A stretch of DNA of 64,000 bases from Daphnia carinata (taxonomy: Eukaryota). The notes below the pieces were generated by a model that worked only from the letters and a program-made list of their open reading frames with translations, did no database searches and had not been told where the DNA came from. Where the stretch lies: positions 310,001-374,000 of the forward strand of contig NC_081333.1 of the NCBI RefSeq assembly GCF_022539665.2, in the 5' to 3' direction. The position numbers were made by a program, and so were the translations under genes. How positions within the stretch are numbered: position 1 is the first letter of the stretch; the number at the start of each line of letters is the position of its first letter. Below are positions 11,826 through 22,095 of this stretch, one piece after another.

Positions 11826-12821
11826 ATGGGAAATAGCAGAGATATTCATCAAGTTGCTACCACTGCAAGCGACCACCGAACTACACGAACTAAAGTACCA
11901 GAAGCGCAAGCTAAAAATGCGCCTGCAACCAAACCCATACCGGTTTTACCAGAATTAAGTAGCTGGAACGTCATCTACGTAGTCCAAGCATTATACTTTT
12001 GTATGGCCTATCATGTGACTCCGGCTATTCGGCGCTTCTTGTGCCAAAAAGGTCTTCTTTCATCTATTTTAATTGACTACGACTATACCGATCTAATGGA
12101 GAAGCTAAAGTACCAGAATAATGTCGACGAAGATTTTCTTGACATCCCTCTCAGCCACGACGAAATCTGCTCCGCGATCTATGCGCGGAATGAGGTGTGC
12201 CACATCGACCTACCTGCGGTAAAAATTAACTGGTCACAAAATTTCAAAATTCTTATGAAAGTTTGTCACAGTGTAGGTGATGGGGGTAGTGCCGCCGACG
12301 TGGATACTATTTACCAGCGCATCATAAGCGGAAATTATCAACATGCCATTGATAATAAGCCATTTCTCCTTATTAAGGCCACCTACGATGAACGTGCTGC
12401 ATTCGGTCTTAGCTACATTTTACATTGTTGTCTTGTAAAACACGTGGGACCCGCTCTTCGTAGGTTTTTGATTTATACAAACCATCGTGCAACATCAACG
12501 AGCCATGATGCCTTCGCCAACTTGAAGTTTATGATTGGACAGCAAAGATATCATAAAAATTATTTCCGAAACGGTGCTTCTCCAAGGGCTAACGCGCTAA
12601 TGCTAACGACTGCTATGGCGGCTAGAAATTCAATTTGCCACGGGAAGTTTTCGGACGTTTTTGACTATTGGGACAAGTATTTACGGTCCTGGATAAGTCT
12701 ACTGAAAACCATAAACGAAAAAGGCAGCGCCCAAAAACTTGAAGATGTCCGAAAGGCCATTGCTGTGTCTGAAAAATTCAGGAAAGAGATTCAATTCGAT
12801 TTGATTCTCTACCGAATCTAA
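11826..12821 (+). CDS. Intronless 331-aa protein with two tandem HEPN-like (Swt1/DZIP3-type) repeats; putative RNase
   Basis: The ORF is open and uninterrupted. It has an internal ~146-aa duplication (HVTPAIRRFL vs HVGPALRRFL; GSAADV vs GSAQKL), and each half carries Rx4H: ARNEVCH (R121/H126) and ARNSICH (R267/H272). Confidence 0.7.
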   Translation: MGNSRDIHQVATTASDHRTTRTKVPEAQAKNAPATKPIPVLPELSSWNVIYVVQALYFCMAYHVTPAIRRFLCQKGLLSSILIDYDYTDLMEKLKYQNNVDEDFLDIPLSHDEICSAIYARNEVCHIDLPAVKINWSQNFKILMKVCHSVGDGGSAADVDTIYQRIISGNYQHAIDNKPFLLIKATYDERAAFGLSYILHCCLVKHVGPALRRFLIYTNHRATSTSHDAFANLKFMIGQQRYHKNYFRNGASPRANALMLTTAMAARNSICHGKFSDVFDYWDKYLRSWISLLKTINEKGSAQKLEDVRKAIAVSEKFRKEIQFDLILYRI

Positions 12822-13559
12822 GGCAAAATTTTGGAAACCAATCGCTAATCCACTTCGGAGTGACATCGTACGATTTGATTCAAAATGTTTAAAGTTGTAT
12901 TTCATTCAAAAAACAAGTGTCGCAGGTTCTGTCCTCAAATACACATTCTTGTCCTCAAATACCCTGATTATTCTTTAAATTCATCGTAAATAGTTAAATT
13001 ATTAGTTTATTAAGTAATAATTATAAGTAATTAGTTACTAGTGAGTTGGCTGACAAGTGCATTATTGTTCCAAAAAAACATGACCCAGGTTGAAGGAGTT
13101 CTTCGGTCAGTTTTTCGAAAAAGATAGGTCCATCGTCCACTATTTCTGTTTTCATGTTGATGTTGAGATTATTGAAATGCACTTCTTGATGCAATGGGTC
13201 GAGCCACTTGGTTGTGGAAATTTTTCCTTTTGATATTCTGACCATTACAAGTTCTTCGCAGGGACATTACATCTCAGACACAAGGGGCATCCCAATCGTT
13301 GGTTTGCTTACAAAAAGAAAGGTGATAAAGTATAAAACCAACAAATAATGATTTAATGAAATTATTAAGCTTGCTCATGCGGTAGTGGCAGACAACAAGG
13401 CAACAGACAAAAGGCGATCAGGGCCTCTTGGAATCAGTTCGAACAAAACACTATATAATTTTCAACTATATAATACTATATTCAACTTTCAACTATATAG
13501 TCTTTCATGTACATAGTTGAGAGAAACAACGTAGAAGGGTTGGCATAGAGAAGATCGAT

Positions 13560-14268
13560 TCTGATTCAGAATATAGCATTAGTTTTTCGCTTAGTGGTGC
13601 ACTTTCTGAATAAAAAGGAATTTAAGTGATTTTTGTTTGTTTACGGTCGCCAGTGCCATCTATCAACAGAAAAATGGAGAAAATAAGCTTCGATACTGGA
13701 AATATCAAGCAAACTAGGACAACTAAAAAACTATAAGTCGCACATAAAAACAATATTGATTTTCATGATTCTTTTGTTTTCGTCTTCTGTCAAGAAATAA
13801 AGATGTTTTGTTAAAATTTTTAAATATAAAACGAGTTTTATTATGGAAATGCGAGATGAATGTACGTGGCATGCGTAGCCTAGCGACAGATGTCGACACT
13901 ATTATTCAAGGTAATCTCCATCGTCATGTTCGTCTGCAGAATGACGTAGATTTCAGTGTTTTAGCTCAAATGAGTGGAGTCAATCATATTCAGGACTAGA
14001 TTCTGTATGTGACTCTTAACAACTCATTTGCGTAGACTTCTCCGTGAAAACAAGTTCGAATTCGGTGAGACGTAAAAGAGGTCGACTCTTCCTTTTCAAT
14101 ATTGCGTTTCTTTCGTTTAATTTCAAAGGGGCCCGTGATGTCGCAGTTTTCCACCTATTTATTGGCACAGGATAAACCCATTATTTCCACTGAAAATGTC
14201 TTAATCGAGAGCCATATTTGATGATCATGCTAATCATGTCGTCATCGAGGAAAACTCTGCTCACATAA
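13560..14268 (+). repeat. Composite repeat: copy of 7622-7830 joined to copy of repeat A (4258-4752)
   Basis: Direct sequence match on both sides of a junction near 13770. Confidence 0.85.
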
Positions 14269-14424
14269 CCGATTGAGAAAGCGAACAACAACGCTTTTCA
14301 GCAACGCCGTAAGCAGTACTTGCAAGATTAAATAGAGTCGAAATAGACCATTTTTTTTGTTGAAAGGAATATAGGCGATGAACTGCAAGATTAGGTCTAA
14401 CAAACTAACGTTGACGTTGAGGCT

Positions 14425-15685
14425 CCGATCAAGTTTTCGTATCGGATTTGTCCACTGGCGACATGATCACAATTGACAGTAAAAAGGTTTCGGCTGTAAG
14501 GTGGATTCCAGAAAAACAAATCGCTGTATCGTCTGGTGCCGGGACGATTCAGATTTTTGAACTGGATGAAAACAATTTGACAACAACACTCGTGAAAGAA
14601 TTCAAACATAGAAGTAAATATGGACGTCTGGAATGGAATGAAAAGACCCACTTTTTGGCCAGTGGTGATGGTGACGGGATTAAGGTAAGTAATTTAGTTT
14701 ATTGACGTAACAGAATGAAACGGAGGAGATGGTCGGTCTCGTCGTAATTACCTTATTTATTTCATTGTCTTTTTTCTTCTTGGCAGATCTGGTCCATGGA
14801 TCGTGACGACCCTATTCATAGCCTGCCAATTGATGGGGAAATTTCAGGATTGGCCTGGTGTCCGTGCATAAGAAGTGGGGAAGAAGACGAAATCGAAAAG
14901 GCAAGGAAATCGGCCAAAAACTATACTCTTATTTAGTAAGTCAACTGAAACATAACGAGCTGCATTAGCACTTTTAAATTTAAACAAACACAATCATTTT
15001 GTGAATCGTTGTCCATGCCTGGTGTTACTATTGTCCGTTTTTGTATAATCTGATAGGCTTTTATTTTTCTTTTAGCGCATCGAGCGGCGTTTCTCTTTGG
15101 AATCCACTCGAAAACGAAAAAAAGCCACGACTTCTTTCTGATGGTGATACGTTCGCCTTTTCATCGGATGGTGCGTTTCTTGCAGAAGGAGGCCGTGATA
15201 AATCAATTATTTGGTCATCGGAGGTAAAAAAAACAAACAATCTGTTTACAATATCGTCGTTTTAGCCATGGTTTTAAATTAGCCCGCAATGCTATGCGCC
15301 TTACGTGAAAAAATTCTTTTTCTTTTTTTTTTTTCAGCACTGGAGACCAATTTATACTACACAATACGAATTCTTTGGTGATATAGATAATTTTTCTTGG
15401 CTTTACACTACTACTCCTGCAAACTTCTACGAGCATAAATTCATAGTCAATAACATGGACGAGGTACTATACAATTGTATCATGGCACAAAATAATTGCT
15501 AGTGAGCACCATTTTCTTCATTTTCAATATAGTCCAGCACCGTACTTGAATTCGCTTTCGAAGAAAGCAAGTTTTCTGATACAGCTAGTCAAATATTAAA
15601 AGAATCAAAAGACGAGGACGTGGGTGCCGAAAGTGAAGTCGCTAGTCCTTCAAAACGCCTAAAGGCGAGCTCGTCTTCAAAATAG
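14425..15685 (+). pseudogene. 5'-truncated WD40 paralog of the C-terminal part of the kinase-WD40 gene at 28.9-33.8 kb
   Basis: Same exon series and intron positions as 32066-33834 (TIDSKKVSAVRW, IWSMDRD, WNPLENE, AFSSDG, EFAFEESK, TAG 15683-15685). No kinase exons lie upstream. Confidence 0.8.
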
Positions 15686-16939
15686 AACCAAGTGAAGAAA
15701 AGTAGATCCTGCAAAAGACAACAATGCTATATTTCCGAAATAAAAAACGTTTCAGTTGCAATTTTTATCCAATGTTACTATGGCCCTTTAAACCATAGGT
15801 TGGAATTTTACATTCTGATAATTTTCAATGGGGGATGTTTCTAAAAAAACAGTCATTGATCTAACATTATCTCTCTTTCCTATCTTTTCTTTTTGTCTTT
15901 ATCTTTTTTATCTTTAATTTCACTTCTTTCAGGGCCATAAGCTGAAGAAGGCAAAAGTTAATATAGTTTTATTTTTTTATCGAAAAACTACAGAGGTAAT
16001 GTAAATATTATAGAGGCACTAGGTATCCATGCCAGTGAAACGGTGAGGCCGCTAAATTTGAAACTCGCATTTGATAATTATTACACTATTGTTTCATTTC
16101 CTTTTTTTTGTAGGCTTTATCAAAACTGAATCAAAAAGCTACCACTCCACTTCAACTCAAAAGGTGTCGAGCAAAAATATTTTTCTACATGGATACGGCC
16201 ATACCACTTAAACTGATAAGTAAATGGTCTTGTGAAGAGGAAAAACAGGGCAAAGACTATCAACAACACGTAAGTAAACAATTCAGTTTCATTAATTTAA
16301 GGGAATTGTTATTGTTAAAACTATTTAAATTTTTGTTTTTAATGGCAGGCACTTGCCAGACTAATCTCAGCTTGTGATAAGCCTGCACGAGAGATGTCGT
16401 CCTTCTTGTACAGAACGCCTCATACTTTAGATATCTCCCGTTTAGGTATTGTTCATGTGCACACTGGTAGGTTTAAACAAATAAGCGGAAATTTGAACAT
16501 GACAAAGATAAGTAAGGAACGGAAGGTGATCTTCTTCCAAAGAGGAAATGAATATTCGGTAGGTGTTGGGTAAAGGAAGGTTGGAAATTTGAGTAAGGAC
16601 GGGAAAAACATTTTGTGGCTTTCCACATTTAAAAAATATTTTAAAAAACGAATGTATGACCGCTTCCTTTACTTACAGGTCCAGCTTTAAAATTTAAAGT
16701 TAGAGTTGATAATTTAACAGTTAAAGTTTTGACTTTATTCAAAATGATACTGATTTACTCGGTCGATTGGACCATAGAACATCATGAAACAATCACGCTG
16801 GGATTAAAAGCGTTTTCCGACCGTATAGCCAGCTCATGGAAATGGATTCATCACCTCCTGAAAATTGATTGTTGGCCTGGAATTAATGAGAGCTGCATTG
16901 GAAGTACTACCCTTTCAATTAAAGGTTTTTTAAATTTTT

Positions 16940-18240
16940 GCTTGCCGCAATTCTTGTTGGTTTTTTTATTCCTCTAGAACAATATATCATTTCGCAGAAA
17001 AGTCGAAGCAGTCAAAATCCAAAACTTACCCTTCCTCCATTATTTCTACGCGCCATTTTTCCACTTCTAGCGGGAATACTCCGAACTATGCTAGTCTCAT
17101 ACAGCAGTTGGATAATATTTAGCAGTGAATTGGCGCGCGCGCGACGTTATGTGCAATAATACATTCTCACGTGCTTCATACCTTTTCTTTTTGTCTCAGT
17201 AGTTAGCCAAAATCAGATCTACAGTTGAATTCGTTATGCCAGTCCCTTTTCTGTTGGGTTCCGTACCAACAAATTTAAAAAGTATTCAAGAATACCTTGA
17301 TGTTGCTGCTGATTATGAAGCAACAGATGTATCTGTTAGCTATTGGAGTATGACCTTTCTAAAGCATGATCTATCATGTCGAAGGTCTATATTATTTTCT
17401 TTCTCAGGTCGCCTTATGCTCTTCAGCAAGGATTTAGTCTAGTCAAAGATAAAGAAGACCTGGAATTTTTGCTTGATCTGATGGAATGGCTTGGGGGAAG
17501 GAAAGAAGAACTGAAGTCCCTGAAGGTACGACTTCTACAAACTTCTCTAATGATGCAGTGAAATGATATTTTCTTAATTGAGGGTAAATTAAGTGCATTC
17601 ATATTCATTGTGGTTTCAGACAGTATGTGACCTAGTTGAGGCTCAACTTCATGTTGAAAATGTTGCTGATAATCTTTTAACCTGGGCTGAAAGTGGATTC
17701 CAGCTACTCCCCATTAATCGGTTCAACAAGTAAGATAAATATTAGATTTCCCATCACATGCTTAAAAGAAACGTTTACTAATGCATTTACAGAATTGTTG
17801 GTGGGGCATTCTTAATTGCTAAAATATTGCTGGATGTGTGCTCAATCTTTGGCGAGCTAACCAATGAAATGGCCAAAAAGAAAAAGTACTTCTTTTAAAT
17901 TTAATCAATTGTGTCAATTTAAAAATATGTTTGTCTTTGTAGATACGTCAGTTTACACACTGTCGACATGAAGAATTGCACAACTCTGTCCTGCACTGAG
18001 GTAAAAAAAAATGTTTATTTAATCTTATGAAAGAGGGTGTTTCATATTCTTTGGACATATTCTTGGATGTCTCATCATTTCTGTGTGGAGTGCATAGATA
18101 ATGTAATGTAAATCGTGAATGTCACAATTTTGATTCTAGACGATGCCTAACGTATTGTCAACATTGAAGCACAAATCTGACCCCCATCCCGTTATTTCAG
18201 AAATAAGTAAGTAAAATCCAAAACTTGTAATTATACATGA
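16940..18240 (+). repeat. Segmental duplication block C, copy 1 (others ~26110-27360 and ~35410-36670); decayed multi-exon coding sequence
   Basis: Shared text such as 'gaataccttgatgttgctgctgattatgaagcaacagatgt' and 'gaggctcaacttcatgttgaaaatgttgct' occurs in all three copies, with matching track ORFs. Stops and frameshifts differ between copies. Confidence 0.9.
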
Positions 18241-18740
18241 ATGACAAGTTATAAATCGAAATTGATGCACTTCCACAGATGACCTGAATACCGATACAAA
18301 AAAGTTATATGACCGAATCTTTCTGTTGAATTTGAGGAATCAACCGTCATCTATGAAGCAACCCCTAGGATTTCTTACCCAGGAAGTTTTGCGTATTGGA
18401 CATAGTGAGGTATTATTTGCCTTAGCTTTTTACAATTCAATGCGAAAGAAACGTTAACTAGCGATTCCATTGTAGTAAATTTTTATTTATATCAAAACAG
18501 GATGTTTCTAAAAAAAAAAAAGGCCATTGATCTAACACTTTCTCTGTCTGCCATCTTTTCTCTTTGTTTTGATCTTTCAACTTTCATTTCCCTTCATTCA
18601 GGGCCATAAGCTGAGGCCGGCAAAAGTTCATATTATTATTTTTTTTTGTTTTGTTTTATCTCTGAAATTGTAACTATTTTTGTAAACAATGTATGAAACG
18701 TATTTTCCACCTCTTGCTAAATATTTTACAGGCACCCAAA

Positions 18741-21110
18741 ATGAGATACCTTGACTACGATTCATTAGTCATACGGAAACGGTCAGAAGATGATATTCGT
18801 AAACGACAGAATAGCGCAAATTCAAATACCCAAAAAGAAAATAGGTTAACGAATGTGCCTGATAGCCCAGTAAATGTAAGAATTCAATCATTTTAACTTC
18901 CTATCGAATATATCTACCATGTTGGTTTCCAGGTTGCCTTGAAGAAGTTCATCGAGCTGCTGAATGAGCTGAATCCATCAACGTGGAAAAAGCTATTACC
19001 AATGATCAAAGCTTCCAGAATTAACAGTGCAAAACGATTGTCGGAAATCACCAACTTAATTTTTGACAAGGTATTGCTTGCCTTGCGAGAACGTTATTGA
19101 GGGGAAATCACTACCAAATTAACTACTAGGCTATTGAGAATCCGAATTTGTTGTCCGTTTATGCAAAACTTTGTCGAGTCTTGTGGTTCCGAAAAGTTCC
19201 TTGTGCCTCAAGTCCAAGTGGAACATTATACTTTCGTACCATGATGCTGGCCCGTGTCCTGAAAGAATTTGAAAAGGCGAAAACAAATACCATCGGAGCC
19301 AAAACCGAAAAGGAGGAAATAAAAAAAGCCGAAACAGTACAATCCAATTCTATCGACGATCCCCAAGAAAACCAAAGAATTAACAGCATTTTCAAGGAAA
19401 CGAAAAAGGGGGAATTAGAAAAAAATGGAAGGAAAGACACTTTTGCCAACATTAAGTAAAGAAACTTTAACATTGGAATATTATTCATCTTCTTGATATT
19501 TATAATTGTTCCAGGTTTATAGCAGAATTGTTCAAAGTGAAACTAGTTGCTATCCACGTTATAAATGAGTGTATAGTTTGGTTATTGAGCCAAAATGAAG
19601 ACGAGAGCGCGCTGGAATGCCTCTGTTCCGTCCTGGTTGCCATCGGTAAGGAACTGGAAACCCCTAATGAAAGACCAACAGCGAATCCGGTACCTTCAAA
19701 CATGGAATTAGCTATACTTTTGATTTACCCTTTGAAATGAATAATATTATTTTTTTCCTTCGCGATACAGAAATATTCGGAAGCTATATCTTCCTATTAC
19801 CATACTTTGGAAGCCATCCTAGATAAAAACGTGATATCAGACCGTGTGCGTGCCTTGGTTCGAGATGTCATTGATATGCGCAATAGCGGATGGCTGTCTC
19901 GTCATGAAAACAGTTTAATCAAAATCGAGCAAGATCCCAATGAGTCCGAAGAGCAAGGCTTGATAACGGATCTGTCTTTCGAAAAACCTTCCAATTTCAT
20001 TGATGATTTGTCTCATAAAGGTGAAGATCAAATACGATAATCCTTTAAATCAATTAACTGAAGATCTTCCTTTTTCAGGCAATATCCTCCAAAATGGCGA
20101 AGGAGTTGAACATACCAAGCAGGAAATCGGACAGATACTTGAAGTACTCACTAAATTTTCCAGGTTATCTAGAAATTGACTAAATAAACAAATTTCTTGC
20201 AGACACTGGAAGCTTATCATAAACCGGCCGCTTCAGTTGAAGCTGATGAAACATCTTGCTCTTTGCTACAAGAAGCCGCTACCCTGTCCGGCATCGAAAT
20301 CTTATTTGACGACAGAGAAACTCGAGGCGGTGAGTTGAATGGTGGCCATAAACGACAAAATGACACTGCGAGTCTGGAAGCCATGAAAACATGCGGTGAT
20401 GTTTCGTGTGAAAGTCCAACTGAGAAATTGAGCACCAACGCTTTTCAGCAACGCCTGAAACAATACTTTCAAGAGGAAAATAAGTCTACTACCGATGAAA
20501 TTTGCATTTGGATTCAGGTATCATTTATTTAGTTTGCTACGACCATGGAAACTAATTTTTATTGGTCTATTTTTTAGAAAGAATATGTTGGTGAAATTGA
20601 TTCTACTTTCATCCGTGCATTGATGACCTGCATTATAGAGACATCCATCGAAGGCAACTTGTTTTTGAACCTATTCAGTTTAAATTACGCCCTTGTTGTT
20701 ACGATGAATTTCATTGCATGCAGGAAGCGGAGTGGATAGTAAATTGATCCACGCTGTTTTTAAGCAAAGGGTGGAGGTATTGCATCGTTACGTTGACAAA
20801 TGTAATGACCGTGAACTTCAAGTACTCCCCGTACTCCAGTCATTACTCGGAAAATGTCAACACCCTGAAGGTGATAGAATTTTTTTTGTTCCACTACGTG
20901 TGAATCTGAGGTAACTGTTTTGTTTTAGATTTGATTCGTGATGTCTTTGAGATATTCTGTAATGGTGAAGTAATCTCTGAGTAGTCCGTTCAGTCTTGGG
21001 TGTTTGAATGGAATCCTAGCTCATTGGAAGAGAATTAAGATAACTTGGATATGAGGTTCCTGTTTTGGTTCAGCGAGTTAGTTATCGACACTGAACAGGC
21101 TCTTGACTGA
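18741..21110 (+). CDS. Divergent eIF4G-like protein (MIF4G + W2 domains); W2 end interrupted by stops
   Basis: MIF4G motifs: LLNELNP, NLIFDKAI.NP....YAKLC, FRTMML, NIKFIAELFK, ECLCSVL..IGKELE, RVRALVRDVIDMRNSGW. W2 motifs: WIQ, FIRALMT, LQVL..LQ, EVISE. In-frame TAG 20982-20984 and TAA 21036-21038 come before the probable ancestral TGA 21108-21110. Confidence 0.8.
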
Positions 21111-21451
21111 AAAACATTGGAATGTGATGGAAGGCACATTTTTCGTTTTTAAGTGCTAAAAAAAAAGTTGCCCGTGCGTGCAGCTTTTTGTTTTGTTTTA
21201 AGAATATTTTTGCAACTACTGTTTCGCATGCTCCCTTAACCATTTAACCTAGCATGTCCGTTCGTTCTTACTTTTTATATTTTCAAGCATTAACACATAT
21301 AATAATTGTCGAAATAGACCATTTTTTTGTTGAAAGAAATATAGGCGATCAACTGCAAGACTACGTCTAACAACTAACGATGGCTAAATCGTTTCATTAG
21401 AGACAGCTGCCTTTCTACAGCTACAGCAAGTCAACCATTGAATTGTTGAAA

Positions 21452-22095
21452 TTAAAGTGACTGAAAAAATTGACGAAGTTCATCGGCTTCTTTCTTCATT
21501 TCCTCTTTCGTACGCCAGCCGGCGGAGGGTTCCTCATCGCGTTTATTCAGCTCGTCGTAGACTTCGTCGTTTACCTTGAAGTCATTTGGCCGTCGAGGCA
21601 TGATATGAACGTGCACGTGCTGTGATCATCGGTAGATGAAATTCGAAGGAAACAAGACGCATTAGAAAGGTAATTAAAAACTTAAGTTGTAGTTTTTTCT
21701 AACTTGAATGCTTTGTCCAGCATCTGGTCCATCTTGCACGGCGATCATGGAGGAAGAAACCCCGTGGAAAAGTTCCATGCCACGTTGAACGTGTTGTGCG
21801 GTTAAAAATAAATCTGCTAGCTCTTCCGGCTGCATGTCGAGGATACGTTTAGTTGATTTTAATGGCATCACCAGTACGTCTGAATTGAAATTAAAAGGTA
21901 TGTTAATCAAAAAAAAATAATTCCATGAAAAATATTGTAAACATTCTTACGTCCTGGAACGACACATTTTGGTTTAACAAATGCTACAGAATATTTGCTT
22001 TGATAGAAGATTGCCCATCCGTGAATGTTTGCCTGGCCGAACGTGAATGTAGCCTCGTCTTCCGGCAGTGGCAAGGCAGGTGATAGAGGTAAACA
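21452..22095 (-). pseudogene. FHIT: Fhit (HIT family) domain, apparently the 3' half of a NitFhit fusion lacking the nitrilase exons
   Basis: Three exons read FTFGQ..IFYQSKYSVAFVKPKCVVPGH / VLVMP...LADLF...QDGPDAGQSIQ / HVHVHIMPRR.NDF..NDEVYDEL...WRT.EEM..EA. The first exon begins at an acceptor with a linker-like PLSPALPLP and has no ATG. Confidence 0.8.

Noticed and set aside
18741..18780. eIF4E-binding YxxxxL-phi motif at the start of the eIF4G-like protein
   Set aside because: YLDYDSLVI does not fit the spacing from either Tyr.
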